In this document: positions 12,430-27,489 of the stretch, in pieces
Numbering within the stretch: position 1 is the first letter of the stretch
Layout: each line of letters begins with the position of its first letter
NCBI GenBank assembly: GCA_951406725.2
Contig: OX597824.1
Location: forward strand, 55,676,001 to 55,740,000
Direction of reading: 5' to 3'
From: Octopus vulgaris
Taxonomy: Eukaryota
DNA length: 64,000 nt
Notes under the pieces: model-generated
Told to the model about the DNA's origin: nothing
Database searches by the model: none
What the model saw: the letters and a program-made list of their open reading frames with translations, nothing else
Translations under genes and position numbers: made by a program

Positions 12430-13570
12430 AATTAAAAGAAAAAATAAATTCCTTCTCTCAACAAAGGCAGGAACCCTGGTCACCTCTGTGCAAGTTCACT
12501 CCAAACATAGATGTTGTAGCAAATGACCAATCAAGCAGAAGTGGAATGAGACCTGGGTGTCAAGGCTGAGTTTGATGTCCTGGAGATGTTCAGCAAACTG
12601 GTCAGCTAAGAGTCAGCCAGTTTGACCAATGTACAGGGAATGACAAACAAGCAAAAGATGCAGTAGATTGCATTGCTAGAGTTGCATGCAAATGAATCGG
12701 TAATGTGGTAGGGGCAGTGGTAGGTGCCAGTGAGGATAGTGGTATTAGAGAGTAGGGGATGGTGTAGCAACATGAGCACGAGCAAGGGAAGGAGCCAGGT
12801 TAGGTGCCAGGAGTGGGGAAGAAGCTGTGGACCAGAAGGTCATGTAGGTTAAGGGTGCATTAGAATGAGGATAGGGGTAGGTTGAGGAAGATATGGAAGG
12901 TGAAGGAGGTAGATTAGAGTTGGCAGAAAGCCTGAAGAATGGTGCATTGCCAGGGTAGGGTGGAGGGTGGTAGGTAAGGGGGAAAGGGAGACAGATAAAG
13001 GTGGGACAGATGCAGGAAGAAAGAGATTTGATGTACAGTCAATAGATTGGGCATAGGCAAGGACGATTTGGATAAAATGCATTGGGTAAAAGGGTGAGAT
13101 ATGATTTGGGACTGTCTTGAAGTCATGGTTGTTACTATAGAGCCAGCAGAGAGGAGGAAACTAAGAGTAAGGGATGGATAGTTTGGTGTAGGTAGAATGG
13201 GAGGAGGAGAAGTTGAGATAAGAGTGTGAGTCTGTGGGCTTATTGTGGATAGAAGTGGTTAGAGAGAAGTGGGGGATGGTAACAGAAATTTCAAGAAAGT
13301 TGGCAGAGGTGTTGGAGACAAAGCAGGAAAATTTGAGGGTAGAATAGAAGGATTGGATGAAAGAGAGAAAGGAGTTGAGATATTTGCAAGAGATATTTGC
13401 TGATAGTCATCGATGTAATGACCATATAACTCAGGAGTGGAACTGATGAACTGAGAGAATATTTGGCTTTCAACATAGCTCATGAACAGATTTGTATAGT
13501 TGGGGCCCATTCTCATTCTTATGGTCACTCTTGGGACCTAATGTCAAACTCACCCTCAAATGAGAAGAAA
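12430..13570 (-). mobile_element. Decayed Penelope-like element (RT + GIY-YIG), GC-richer family
   Basis: RMGPNYTNLFMSYVE...YIDD RT motifs; SSNAIYCI..YIGQT endonuclease; homologous to 54250-55325. Confidence 0.8.
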
Positions 13571-13664
13571 TTTAGAGAGAAGACAAGTTCATATACATGT
13601 GCGTGTATGTGTATGTGTATTGTGTGTGTATGTGTATGTGAATACATATATGTATGTGCATATG

Positions 13665-13696
<32 letters not shown>

Positions 13697-13703
13697 CATA
13701 CAC

Positions 13704-13735
<32 letters not shown>

Positions 13736-13736
13736 A

Positions 13737-16700
13737 TAATTAAGAGAAATAACCTCTATTAAGTAATTCAATAGTAAAAGACATTATCCATATTATATAT
13801 ACCATCTAGAAAAGAATATATTTTGAAACTTATTAATAATGTAAAAAAAATTATTAATTAGATTAAATGGAAAGCCTACTATAATAATTGTAGCATATCT
13901 AATATTAATGAAGTAGAGAATACTAATTATATCAATACAAAATTTAAATCTAGAAAGGAACCTCCGTATAATAGTGAAATACAAGTTTTAGAGGATAATA
14001 TTTGGAAGGTGGTGAAAAATATTAAATTTCATAGATATCCAAATAAGCACAATGAATATTTATGAAATCTAGCTATTAGAATAAAAGAAATGCAAAATAT
14101 GGAAAGAATTATTGTACAATCAGATAAAACTAGGAACCTGCATAAACTAGATGTTAAATTATATGATAATCTATTAGAGAAATAAATAAATAAATAATAT
14201 AAAATTGTTCCTGAGAATATGAATAAGGCCTCTAAATAAATCATGATGAAATATGAGTTAGATAATAAAACTGAACCTTATGTACCTATGCACCCTAGAA
14301 TTACTTTAAAAAACCATAAGGATAATTTTTATTGTGACCCAAAATTTAGACTTATTTGTCCATGTAAATCAGATCAAGGTAAATTAAGTAAGATCATTTT
14401 AGATAAATATATTAATAAATCAAATGAACTTAATTATCTAAAACTTTGGAGTAGTACTAATGATACTTTAAAATGGTTTAATAATACTAAAAATAAAAAT
14501 AGATATAAATTCATCCAAATAGACATAGATAATTATTATTCATCTATAAATGAGATTGTACTCAATAAAGCCCTAATTTATGCAATGAATAAGGCTGGAA
14601 TGACTTATAATGCAGTTAATGTAGTTAAAGTGGCTAGGAAATCGTTGATTAGATATAATAATAAATTGTGGGCTAGGAAGGATACGAAAGAAAATTATTT
14701 TGATATACCTATGGGGGAACCCGATTCTGCCCAGGTGACTGAGTTAGTATTTGTTTATTATTGGAACTTCAATTAGAAAAATTAAAGTTGAAGGGTGGAT
14801 TATATAGGGATGACCTTTTATTACTAACTAAGAATTGCACCAATAGAACACTAGAATTATATAAGAAGAAACTATATAGTTTTTTTTAAATATATGGATT
14901 AGGTATTACTATATATAAAGAGAACTATAATGTTAATTATTTAAATGCTAATTTTAATTTAATAATAGGTAAAACCCAACCATTCCATAAAATTAATGAA
15001 AACCTTAGATATATTAATGCTAATAGTAATCACCCATCCTCAATTAAGAAATCATTGATAGATAATATAGGTAAAAGAATATCGACGCTTTCTTCTAGTT
15101 TTGAGATTTTTCAAAAACAAGCACCTTATTATAATGAAGCCTTGTGGGAGGGGAGATATAATAATAGTATTAAATTCTTTAATAATTATAAATATAATTA
15201 TAATATAAAAGATTATAATATAAATGATTCCTATGATATTTGTAATAATAAACCTAATATTAAGAATTATGATAAATTTTATTTAGGAAATAATGGTTTT
15301 AATAATAGGTATTATGATAATACAAAAAATAAATATAATAGACTAAATGATAAGAATAAATTTAATTCGTTTAATGATAATAAAAAATATAATAATATAA
15401 TAAATAAAAATAAAGTTAATAATAAGAACAAAATTTGGTTAATTATTCCTTATGGGGCTCAAGTTAAAACAAACATTATTAAAGAGATATTAAGACTAAT
15501 TGAAGTATTCATTATAGATAATAAAAAATATAATAACATTTTTTCTAGTAATAATTTTGGAGTTGGTTATTCTACTACTAATAATGTTGGTAACATTATT
15601 TCTTCTTTTAATAGATTTAAGATTAATATGTTTTACAGTCACAAATTAAATAATTATTCCAATTATAATAAAGAGCAGAATATAATTAATTGTACATGTA
15701 GAGATAAGACAAAATGTAAATTTAAAAATAAATGTAATTTGGATGATGTAGTATATAAATGGGTAGCGACTTTGATTGGTGGTAATATTAATATGAATAG
15801 TTATAATTTAAATGCAATTTACATGGGGTTGACTTCTAATAAAATTAAATTAAGGGTGGCTCAATACATGCATTCATTTAAGAATAAAACATTGATTAAT
15901 TCTACTGGCCTTAGCAAATATATATGGGAATTGAAATCTAAAGGAATTAAGTATAATTTAAATTGGAACATAGTTTGTAAAACTAAATCTTATCGAATAG
16001 GTAATAATTTTTGTAGTTTGTAAAGCTAAATCTTATCGAATAGGTAATAATTTTTGTTTACTATGTACAAATGAATTTATCTAATAATTATCTAATAATA
16101 AAAAATTGCTTAATTCCCAAGATGACATAAATTAAATTACTTATATAATGAGTTTAGCTAATTTGTGTATATATTTAAACCTGATTTATGTTGCTAATTT
16201 TTGTAGTTATAATTTGTAATAGTATAATGAGTATAAATTTGCAGTAGATGATTATGTAGTGTATATTATTAGTAGTAGAATGAGATTAAACCAAGGAGTT
16301 TATAAAATAAATAAATTGATAAATATTGATTAAGTTATTGAAATTTAGTTTATTTTATGTATTTTGGTTTTAAATTATTGAGAATTAAGAATTTTTCCAG
16401 TAAATTGTATATTACATCTAGTTTATTTCTTATTTTCACAGCTAAAATAACATATTTCTATCTATTTATTCTATGTTTATTATTTACGTCATGTTTTCAT
16501 GTGATAAATTTCTTAGCAATGCTAGGTTCAAAGTTTAAAATTTAAAATTTCAGTTAACTGGAATTCTTCAATAAGATGAGTTATGGTTATATTTTTCATT
16601 AATATTATTATATTTTATTTGATTATTTAGTGTTAAGATAAGTATATTTCTATATTTATTTGTTAATTTATTATAGGTTTAGACACATACATTTACTTTA

Positions 16701-16921
16701 TTATTATTTTAGACCTGTAGAGTGGCTATATTTTTAAATCGAATTAATTTTCATAGTATCAATTTTATTATTTTATTATTATCAATTTAAAGATATAGTC
16801 ATGAAATTTAGTGATTTTTTAAATAATATTTATTATAGTATATTTAAATTTTTTCTATATAATATGTATAATTTCTTTCACTATTGAATTACTTAATAGA
16901 GGTTATTTCTCTTAATTATAT
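13737..16921 (+). mobile_element. Near full-length AT-rich Penelope-like element with inverted termini
   Basis: ORFs 14243-14776 (DIDNYYSSI, FDIPMG), GLYRDD at ~14800 and 15055-16023 (CTCRDK..C, IYMGLT, STGLSKYIW); 13737-13780 is the reverse complement of 16875-16920. Confidence 0.88.
16712..16812 (+). ncRNA. Degenerate hammerhead motif in a PLE 3' pseudo-LTR
   Basis: CTGTAGA-gtggctatatttttaaatcga...tcaatttaaagatatagtcat-GAAA with a long paired stem II; core and stem I are imperfect. Confidence 0.4.
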
Positions 16922-17016
16922 ACGTATATTATATATTGTGAAATTTGATTTAGAATTGCTAAACTGAATTTTTCCCTGTAAGTTTGGAATTATATTCCCT
17001 ATTATCATGTGTGTGT

Positions 17017-17073
<57 letters not shown>

Positions 17074-17078
17074 ATATA

Positions 17079-18328
17079 CAGGGTGTCCTGAAATTAAGGC
17101 AACTGGAGTTTCAGTCTTTAATAAATATCAATAAATGTGATAAGATATCAAAATTATACATCATTATGAAAACTTAGTGGTCTTCTTTTTGTTTCAGACT
17201 AAGTAGATTCAGATTTATAAATTAGATAATAGCTATAGACTGAAATACAATCATAACCCTCCACAAAGGAGGTGAAAGTAATACAGCTATAGCAAGAATA
17301 TTGATTAACCAAACAACAATCTGGAAAATTGTCAAAAAATTTAAAGAGACTGGTACCACTGCTGATCTATCTGGACATGGTTGTAAAAGAAGCGTATGGA
17401 CCCTTCAGCTTATCAAAAGTACCAGAGAAAAGATACAGCAAAATCCTTGTCGTTCCATCAGATAACTGGCTGCCACAGCAAAAATAAGCTGAACATCAAT
17501 GTATCAATTGCTGAAGGCGGATCTCAGGACCCACCCCTACAAGATGACTTGCCATCATGAGCTCATGCTAGTTTATAAGAACTGGAGAAACGTTGTCTTG
17601 TCCTGCCCAACCTGGTGTTCACTGATGAAAAGAAATTTGACATGGAACAGACAGTAAACCAACAGAATGACTGACATTGTTGTGAATGTTGCTCTATCAA
17701 GGGTAGACTCATAAATCGACTTCAAAATCCAAAGTCAGTTATGTTTGGGCAGCTCTGACAGCTACTGGAAGGTCTCCCCACATTTTTGTGCCTTTGAGTG
17801 TTAATTTTAACGCCCAGTGATACATCAGCAGCATTCCGGAAGCTGAACTGCTTCCATAGGTGAATGAGCATTTTCACGATGCATCTTGGAGCCTCCAACA
17901 GGACTTGGCACCATCCCACAGCTCCAAACAGACACAACACTGGATTCAGAAAAGCATTCTGTCGTTCATAGACAATGATGTATGGCCCTCAAGAAGCTCC
18001 AATCTCAACCTGTTGGATTTTTCTTTTTGGTCCATTTTGGAGATGAGGGTCTCGAGCACTCCTCATACTTTGCTTGACACTCTGAAGACAAAACTTTACC
18101 AGAAATGGGCTTTGATTCTGAAAGAACAGTAGCCTGACACATGTGAAGCATTCACACCTAGACTTAAGGCTGTGATTTGAAACAGAGGTGGTCAAATCAA
18201 ATAAATGTGGTTGTATCATAATTGTGTTTCCTTTACCATTGCATTGCAATGCTCAGGCCTGAAATATAACAATATTTTGCTTTGGCAAAATTGAAAAAAG
18301 TTGGTTGCCTTAATTTTGAGACAGCCTG
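17079..18328 (+). mobile_element. Tc1/mariner DD37D (maT) transposon, decayed
   Basis: TA-flanked TIRs cagggtgtcctgaaattaaggcaac / gttgccttaattttgagacagcctg; VFTDEKKF; QQDLAPSH then 37 residues to the D of NLNLLDF. Confidence 0.88.
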
Positions 18329-18455
18329 TATACACACACACACATGTACATATATATATATCATCATCATCATTATTTAATATCCATTGTTTTGGACTGG
18401 CATGGGTTGTATACCTACATACATATATATATATGTATATACTGTATATATTTAC

Positions 18456-18572
<117 letters not shown>

Positions 18573-18584
18573 TGTGTAATTAAA

Positions 18585-19529
<945 letters not shown>

Positions 19530-19548
19530 TAGATAGATAGATAGATAT

Positions 19549-19583
<35 letters not shown>

Positions 19584-19725
19584 TAGATATAGATACATAT
19601 ATGCAAATTTTGTTTAAGCATTGCAAGATTTATAACCTGTAGAATTCATCATACAAGTCTGTGCAAGTCTTTGTGTATGTGTATGCACACACACACACAC
19701 ACACATATGTGTGCATATATATATA

Positions 19726-20060
19726 AATATACTTTATTTAAAGCAGCAGAAAATTCAACAAAACCTGTTACTCTGAGTTTCCCGTTGTGAGACGACTGCA
19801 CTGGTATGGTCATGCGTTGCGTATGGATGAGGACAGTTGCATGAAGAAAGAGTCACACCCTAACAGTGGATGGAAGACCTGGAATGAGGTGGTGAAGCAT
19901 GACCTTTGAACGTTGGGCCTCACAGAGGCAATAAGAAAACTGTCCGATGAACGGCAACGGGAAACTCAGAGTGACAGGTTTTGTTGAATTTTCTGCTGCT
20001 TTAAATAAAGCATATTACTCTACCACTGGTATTTGAGTACTCTTTTTTTCCACCTTGTTA
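19726..20060 (+). mobile_element. Inverted pseudo-LTR pair enclosing an RTE 3' fragment, with a hammerhead motif
   Basis: 19726-19787 inverts 19955-20015; 19790-19935 resembles RTE 51930-52100; ctgt-CCGATGA-acggcaacgg-GAAACTCAGAGTG-acag. Confidence 0.65.
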
Positions 20061-23041
20061 TAATTTTGGAGTAGGTTATTCCACCACTAATAGTGTAGGT
20101 AACATTATTTCTTCTTTTAACAAATTTAAACTGAATAATTTTTATAAAAATAAATTATATAATAATACCAATAATAAAGATAAGACACTAATTAACTGTA
20201 CATGTAGAGATAAAACCAAATGTAAATTAAATAATAAATGTTACATTACATGATGAGAATAATAAGAATAATAATAACTCAAACGCGATATATATAGGGT
20301 CCACTTCCTCTAAAATAAAATTAAGAATCGCACAACATATGAATTCGTTTAAAAATAAAAATTTAATCAACTCCACTGGACTTAGCAAGTACATTTGGGG
20401 ACTTAAATCCCAAAATATTAATTATAATTTATCTTGGGAAATAATTAGTAAAACTAAATCATATAGTATAGGAGCGAATTTTTGTTATTTATGTTCTAAT
20501 GAGTTTAAGGAAATTTTATTTTATAAGCATGATAATTTACTGAATATCTGTGATGAGCGCAAAATAAAATGCAGACACAAGTTACTTTACTTATATAATA
20601 AATTTCTTGATATAATGAATATTTCTTAGCCTTAATTAGCTCCTTATTTGTTGTTTTATGTAATAGTATTCTAAATATAGCAGGTGATTTGTAGTTCTTA
20701 TTATATTAGTTTATTTTAGTTATTTAGGTTCTGTTTTTAATTATAGTTAGATTATATATAGTTGTTCATTTTATTACTAAATATTTTATTACTAAATATT
20801 TTATTACTAAATATATTTTTTAATAAATATTTAATGGTTTATTGAATATAGAGTCTGGTAAGTTACAATTTTATTTATTTTATATATTTTGTTATATTTC
20901 TGTTATAACTTCGTTAAATTATAATTTTTGTTATATTAATCTATTTGTATGTAATATCTTTATATTTGAAATAGATTTATTTAGTTGTTTATTTAATCTA
21001 TTTTATTTAATATAGAAGTATAGATTAGTAGATTAATTATTTAGATTTAACTTAATATTTACCTCTATTTTGTATTGTAGTATGATTATAGACATTTATA
21101 TATGTATTTATTATATGATATATGTGGTTGTGTGTGTATGTATATATGTGTATATGATGATGTGTGTGTATATATATGTATATGTATATACATTTATTTA
21201 TGTGTATGTGTGTGGGTGTGTATATATAGGTGTAAGTGTATATATTGAGTATTGTATGTATGTACATGTATGTATGAGTGTGCATATGTGTATGTGTGTA
21301 TGTGGGTGTATATATGTGTGTATATGTATGTATGTGTGTATGTATGTGTATATGTGTATGTATATGTATATGTATGTATATATATATATATATGTATATA
21401 TATATGTATATATATATGTATATGTATGTATATTTTTTATATATTTATGTATACGTATGTATAGTTATACTACAAATTTTGATAAGTATTTATAGATTTG
21501 GTTATGATCACTAATTTTAGCTTATAATTATAAGGGCATGGGAAAGACTTTATAGTATGTTGAGGGGTTACTATATAAATAAATTTTTATAAGATTTTTA
21601 GAATATATTTAATAATTAGTGGTTTTTAATCATTTAAATCATTTAATTTATTTTGTATTAAGTTTCATTTATCATAGTTATTTTATTAATAAATATTATA
21701 GTATAGAGAGATTTTATTCTTTATTTGTGACTTCATTCTATTTACAATGATAAACAAATAATTTTCCCATTCACAATCATTAATAAAATGTAGGTTCCTC
21801 ACGCGTAATGAATTCTTCAACAATTTATTCTTTTTTTTGCTAATAACGTAATTCCACAAGTATTCTTATAAACGCTGTAAAGACGTTTTCCGATTCAAAA
21901 TTTTAGTTCATTGCTAAACCTCGCTAAGATAAGCATGTATTTATTTAAGATCTTCAAATTGTAAATTTTAATATTGTATAAGTCTTTGGAGTAATAATAT
22001 TCTCCTTATGTAAATATCGTTGTTTATGTAATGATCTAATTATCGTAATTTTCTATATTATTAGATATTAAATTTAAGTTTATTCGTAAGATACTACTTA
22101 GCGATAGATTTGTTATTTGATAGCAAGCATACGAGGTGTATTAAGTTAGGCTTTTGTATATACATGTTTTAATAGTATTAATTGTAGTTTTAAATTTATA
22201 ATTAAATTAGATAAACTTTGATAAACTTAGATATGTTTCAACTAAAGATTGGTCCAGGCCATGTCTAATTTAATAGCATAACTTAGTTATTTCTTTAAAT
22301 TGATATTCGCTAGCTATTCCCATTGATAATTATATTTATAGTATTTATAGTATTTATTCGATACTATATTACTACGAATTGATTATTTCTAAAAGTATTT
22401 TACATAAGATTTCCGAAAGTTTGTTTAAGTTTGTTTATTTGTATTTTGAAATTAGCTATTTCATCTTTAAATATGAAAAATTAAATTTATTAGGTTTTTA
22501 TTATATGTGCATATACATTTATTTATAGAGATTATTTTAGATCTTAATTATAATATTTATATACATTTATATATTTTCATTGATAATTTATATATATTAG
22601 TCATTTTAAAATATTTATGTAATTAGATATAGACTAATACCGATATTAGATTATGGGTGGATTTCCTACCTTATAAATTAAAATTAATATTTAACATTAT
22701 AGTTGATTTTGATATAATCATAATTGTTAAGTTCTATGTTTCTAGTTTGATAATAGAGTTTATTATAGGTAAAATTATTATATTATTTATATCTTAAAAA
22801 TATTGTTTAAATATTTCTGATTATATTTTAGATATTTCAATTACCTGATGATTGACTGTAACCATAACTCGAATTATTAAGAATTGGACAGCCATGAAAC
22901 GATCGTAGTGTTTTACTCATTATCTTTTATTAAACTTTTAATACTTTTGATATATATTTAAAATAATATAAATTAATTAATTTTATGTATTGGCTTAAGT
23001 TTTTCATTGTTTGATTTGCCTAATAGTGGTTTTATCTCTAA

Positions 23042-23047
<6 letters not shown>
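20060..23047 (+). mobile_element. 5'-truncated AT-rich PLE (GIY-YIG tail, long 3' region, pseudo-LTR)
   Basis: ORF 20339-20629 homologous to 15870-16020; HHR at 22841; terminus shared with 6481. Confidence 0.75.
22841..22911 (+). ncRNA. Minimal type-I hammerhead ribozyme
   Basis: ttac-CTGATGA-t-tgactgt...acagcca-t-GAAAC-GATC-GTA-gtg; palindromic helix III ACGATCGT; GUA cleavage triplet; short stem I. Confidence 0.7.
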
Positions 23048-23128
<81 letters not shown>

Positions 23129-23152
23129 TATGTATATATGCATATATATTCA

Positions 23153-24640
23153 TAACGTCCATTTTCCATGCTGTCATGGGTTGGACAGTTTGACTGTGGA
23201 CTGGCAAGCCAGGAGGCTGCTCTAGGCTCCAATCTGATTGGCAGATTTCTACAGCTGGATTCTCTTCCTAACACCAACCTCTCTGGGAGTGCAGGGAGTG
23301 CTTTTACGTGCCACCAACATGAGGGCCAGTCAGGTGGCACTGGCATCGACTACACTCTATGGTGCTTTTTATGTGCCACCGGCATGGGTGCCAGTCAGGC
23401 AGCACTGGCATCAGCCATGACAATGATTTCACTTCTCAGGCACAGCATATTGCCTGACAACTGAAGGGTATTCTTAAATGGGCTGGTTATGTGACACTGG
23501 CATCAGCCATGGCTACAATCTCACTTGGTTTGCTGGGTCTTCTCAAGCACAGCATATCTCCAAAGGTCTCAGTCGCTTGTTATTGCCTCTGTGAGGCCCA
23601 AGGTTCAAAAGTCATGCTTCACCACTTCGTCCCAGGTCTTCCTGGGTCTACCTCTTTCACAGGTTCCCTCCACTGTTAGGGTGTGACTCTTTCTTCACGC
23701 AACTGTCCTCATCCATACGCAACACATGACCATACCAGTGCAGTCGTCTCACAACACACCACATCAGATGTTTCTTATATCCAACTTTTCTCTCAGGGTA
23801 TTTACACTCTGTCGTGCATGCACACTGATATTACACATCCAGTGGATCATACTAGCTTCGTTTCTTTCAAGCCTATGCATGTCGTCAGCAGTCATGGCCC
23901 ATCTTTCATTGCCATGTAGCATGGCTGTTCACACATGTGCATCATACAGTCTACCTTTCACTCTGAGCAAGAGACACTTTGTGACCAGCAGAGGTAGGAG
24001 CTCTCTGAACTTTGCCCAGGCTATTCTTATTCTATCAGCTATACTGTCAGAGCATCCACCCCTGTGACTGAATTGCTCACCTAGGTAGCAGAAGCTATCA
24101 ACTACTTCTAGTTTTTCCTCTGGCATGTGATAGAATGTTTTCTGCACATTTTCAGTGTTTATTGCCCTTGTGCATCTGTCACGCTCTAAATCTTCCCAGT
24201 TAACCTTCCTTTGATATTGCTGCACCTCATATGTGTCCATAGCTTGAACCAGGAGTTTCTACCTTTGCCTTTTCTACAGATCAAGCAGGGCCATCTATCT
24301 GAAGGGAGTTGTGATTTTTCTGTCTTCCTGCTTACTAAGACTTTGGTTTTTGCTAGATTGACTCTAAGGCCCTTCGATTCTAGACCTTGCTTCCACACTC
24401 TAAACTTTGTCTCCAGTTCTGGCAGGGACTCAGCTATTAGAGCAAGATCTTCAGCATAGAGGAGCTCCCAGGGGCAGTCTGTCTTGAATTCTGTTATTTC
24501 CTGGAGGACTAGAATGAAGAAGAGGGGGCTGAGGACTGATCCTTGGTGAACTGCTACTTCTTCTTGGAATTGTTCACAATTCTCATTGCTAACCATCACC
24601 TTACTGACAGCATCCCTGTACATGGCTTGTACAGCTTTTT
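23153..24640 (-). mobile_element. RTE-clade LINE, 3' part (RT C-terminus and 3' UTR)
   Basis: VHQGSVLSPL, PWELLYAEDL, YLGEQ; homologous to 51030-52750. Confidence 0.9.
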
Positions 24641-25165
24641 ACTGGAGTTCTGTGATGCAAATGGTCTTATGAGTTGTAATACTAACTTCAGTAAATCTAC
24701 CAGTCCCCTATTCACCTACTAGTCTGGCCTACACGCTTATCAGATTGACTACATTCTTGTCAGGAAATGAGAAAGATGGCTACCTATAAATGCCAAAACT
24801 TTCCCAGTTGAAGAATGCACCCCACAACATAGGTTAGTAGTTAGCAAGTTCAGGATCATGGCTAAATGGCTTCCCAGAAGATGACCAGCATGGAAAAGAA
24901 AGGTTTGGAAGCTTAAGGATCCTCTGAATGGACAGAGATTTAGAGATGTATTACATATAGCTTTTGACGAAAAAGAGGAGGATATAACATCAGATAATGT
25001 GGAAGACAACTGGAGGTTCCTATTGGACAATGTGTTGATGGCATCTGATCAGATCTGTGGCTGGTGTAAAGTCCCTTCTCAACCTAAGGTAACATGGTAG
25101 TGGAACAATGTAGTTGACAGTGCCATTAGGGAAAAGAAACAGACATGGAAGAACAAGGCATGGCT
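24641..25165 (+). mobile_element. RTE LINE inverted 5' segment (APE C-terminal region)
   Basis: Matches 49645-50160 (EFCDAN..., QIDYIL, EECTPQH) in the opposite orientation to the adjacent 3' part. Confidence 0.85.
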
Positions 25166-25219
25166 GCAGTCAAATGGCTGAAATGTGTGAAAGAATTATA
25201 TATATATATATATATATAT

Positions 25220-25460
25220 ATACGTTTAAATATTTGTTGTGCAAGATTTTTTATGTGAAGTCGTGTGTTGAAACAGATATTGTTATATTTCGGAATGGTC
25301 ATATTGCCAGTTTAGCCTGAATAGAAAACTAGAATGGAGCAATAGCACACACCACAACATATGACGATAGAGGATCCTGAAAACATAATAAATACACAGA
25401 TAAATAAACAAATAGAAATGAATAACTATATATATGTATATATATCTATGTATGTATATG

Positions 25461-25517
<57 letters not shown>

Positions 25518-26043
25518 GTGTATATATGTGTGTATATGTATATATATATATATATATTTTTTTTTTTCGATTAGATTTATTATTATTATTATTAATAATA
25601 TTGTTGTTATACATACATACAAGCATATGTAATGATAATAATGGGTGGATGTAAACACATGAACAAAATTAGAACAAAAGCAACAACAACAAAAACAAAG
25701 TACAAATTACATGAATGTATATAAACAGAAGATACAAATATTACAGGCATCCCCCCCACACACACACTAAATAAACATAGACGCACATAGAGATATAAGC
25801 ATGCGCAAATGAAGACATACAATAGAAATACAAAATGGCTGACGGTTAGTAAGGAGAGACACAAATAGGTGAGAAGAAAACAAAGGACCATTGATGCGGT
25901 CACAGGAGTGTGACGAAAGAACTCTGGCCGAAATAAGATTAAGATTAATGTAAAAAATAAATATCACTGAAGCAAAATAACACCAAATATATAGTGCGTG
26001 TGTTTTTATTGGCTAGACTGGCAATATGACCATTCCGAAATAT

Positions 26044-26050
<7 letters not shown>
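25220..26050 (+). mobile_element. Non-coding element with ~40-bp inverted ends and a degenerate HHR (25888-25927)
   Basis: tattgttatatttcggaatggtcatattgccagtttagcc versus its reverse complement at ~26010-26049; cca-TTGATGC-ggtcaca-ggag-tgtgac-GAAAGAACTC-tgg. Confidence 0.6.
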
Positions 26051-26087
<37 letters not shown>

Positions 26088-26089
<2 letters not shown>

Positions 26090-26450
26090 TGTGCAAGAGA
26101 GACGATTGCGCTGGTATGATCATGTGGCGAGAATGGACGAAGATAGTTGTGTGAAAAAGAGCCACACCCTAGCGGTTGAGGGAACCTGTGGAAAAGGTAG
26201 CTGGTGGCACGTAAAAAGCACCAACCGATCATGGCCATTGCCAGCCTCGCCTGGCACCTGTGCCGGTGGCACGTAAAAAGCACCCACTACACTCATGGAG
26301 TGGTTGGTGTTAGGAAGGGTATCCAGCTGCAGAAACACTGCCAGATCAGACTGGAGCCTGGTGCAGCTTCATGGCTTCCCAGACCTTGGTCAAATCGTTC
26401 AACCCATGCTAGCATGGAAAATGGACGTTATACGATGATGATGATGATGA
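26088..26450 (+). mobile_element. RTE LINE 3' end with internal deletion and (ATG)n tail
   Basis: VQERRLRWYDHVARMDED then 3' UTR as in 52480-52770. Confidence 0.85.
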
Positions 26451-26451
26451 T

Positions 26452-26657
26452 ATATTTGTGTGTGTCTGTGTTTGTCTTCTCACCATCTCATGACAACCGA
26501 TGTTGGTATGATTACTTACCTGTAACTTAGCAGTTTGGTTAAAGAGGCCAATAGAATAAATACTAGGCTTACAAAGAATAAATCCTGGGGTTGATTTGTT
26601 TGATTAAAGTCAGTGCTCCTGCATGGATACAGTCAAATGACTGGAACAAGTGAAATA
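26452..26657 (+). mobile_element. SINE 3' half, decayed
   Basis: Similar to 58050-58260. Confidence 0.65.
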
Positions 26658-26709
26658 ATATATATACACACTATATATACACACATGGATATGTATAATA
26701 TATATACCT

Positions 26710-26805
<96 letters not shown>

Positions 26806-26806
<1 letters not shown>

Positions 26807-27480
26807 AATCCTTAAATCCTTAAAAATGTTTTAGCCCAAAGGCCGTGGCCATGCTGGGGCACCACCGCTGAATGAGCTACACTAGTTTGTGAATCCACCT
26901 CTGATACGTGGCACTTGATCAACAAGGGAGTTCGATGCTGCTGCCCGCATCCGTGTCTCCTGTCGTGAGGTAGGTTCATCTGGGACTCCCAACAAGAAGA
27001 GATCCAGTTTAGTTTTAAAGAAACCCACATCCACACCATGTAAGTCTCTCAGGCATTTAGGGAGGATGTTAAAGAGCTGTGGTCCTCTGAAACCCAAGCT
27101 GTTGCAGTATCTGGACCTGTATTTTGATGGTGATGTTGGAATCCTTGACTCCATGCAGCGGCGCCCCGTTCTGCGGTTGGAGTAACTTTGAATGCCAAAG
27201 TTTGGGACAAGACCCTCCAGGATTTTCCAGATGTATATCACTGCATATCTTCTCCCGCCTCCGCTCCAGGGAGAAGAGGTTTAATACCTTCAGTCTTTCC
27301 CAGTAGCTGACATTTTGCATTGAGACGATTTTCTTTGTGTAGCTTCTCTGAGTTGCTTCGAGTTCTGCTGTTTGTTTTATATTGTGTGGTGACCAAAGTT
27401 GGGAGCAGTAGTCCAAGCGGCTAAGGACGAATGTTTTCCATAGGACCATCAGTGTCTCCTTCTCTCTTGTTCTGAAAGTT
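26806..27480 (-). mobile_element. CR1/Jockey-group LINE 3' fragment
   Basis: VLWKTFVLSRLDYCSQLWSP..ELEATQR..SYWERLKVLNLFSLERRRE; GPQLFNILP; short tandem tail (taaggattt). Confidence 0.8.
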
Positions 27481-27489
27481 ATATATATA

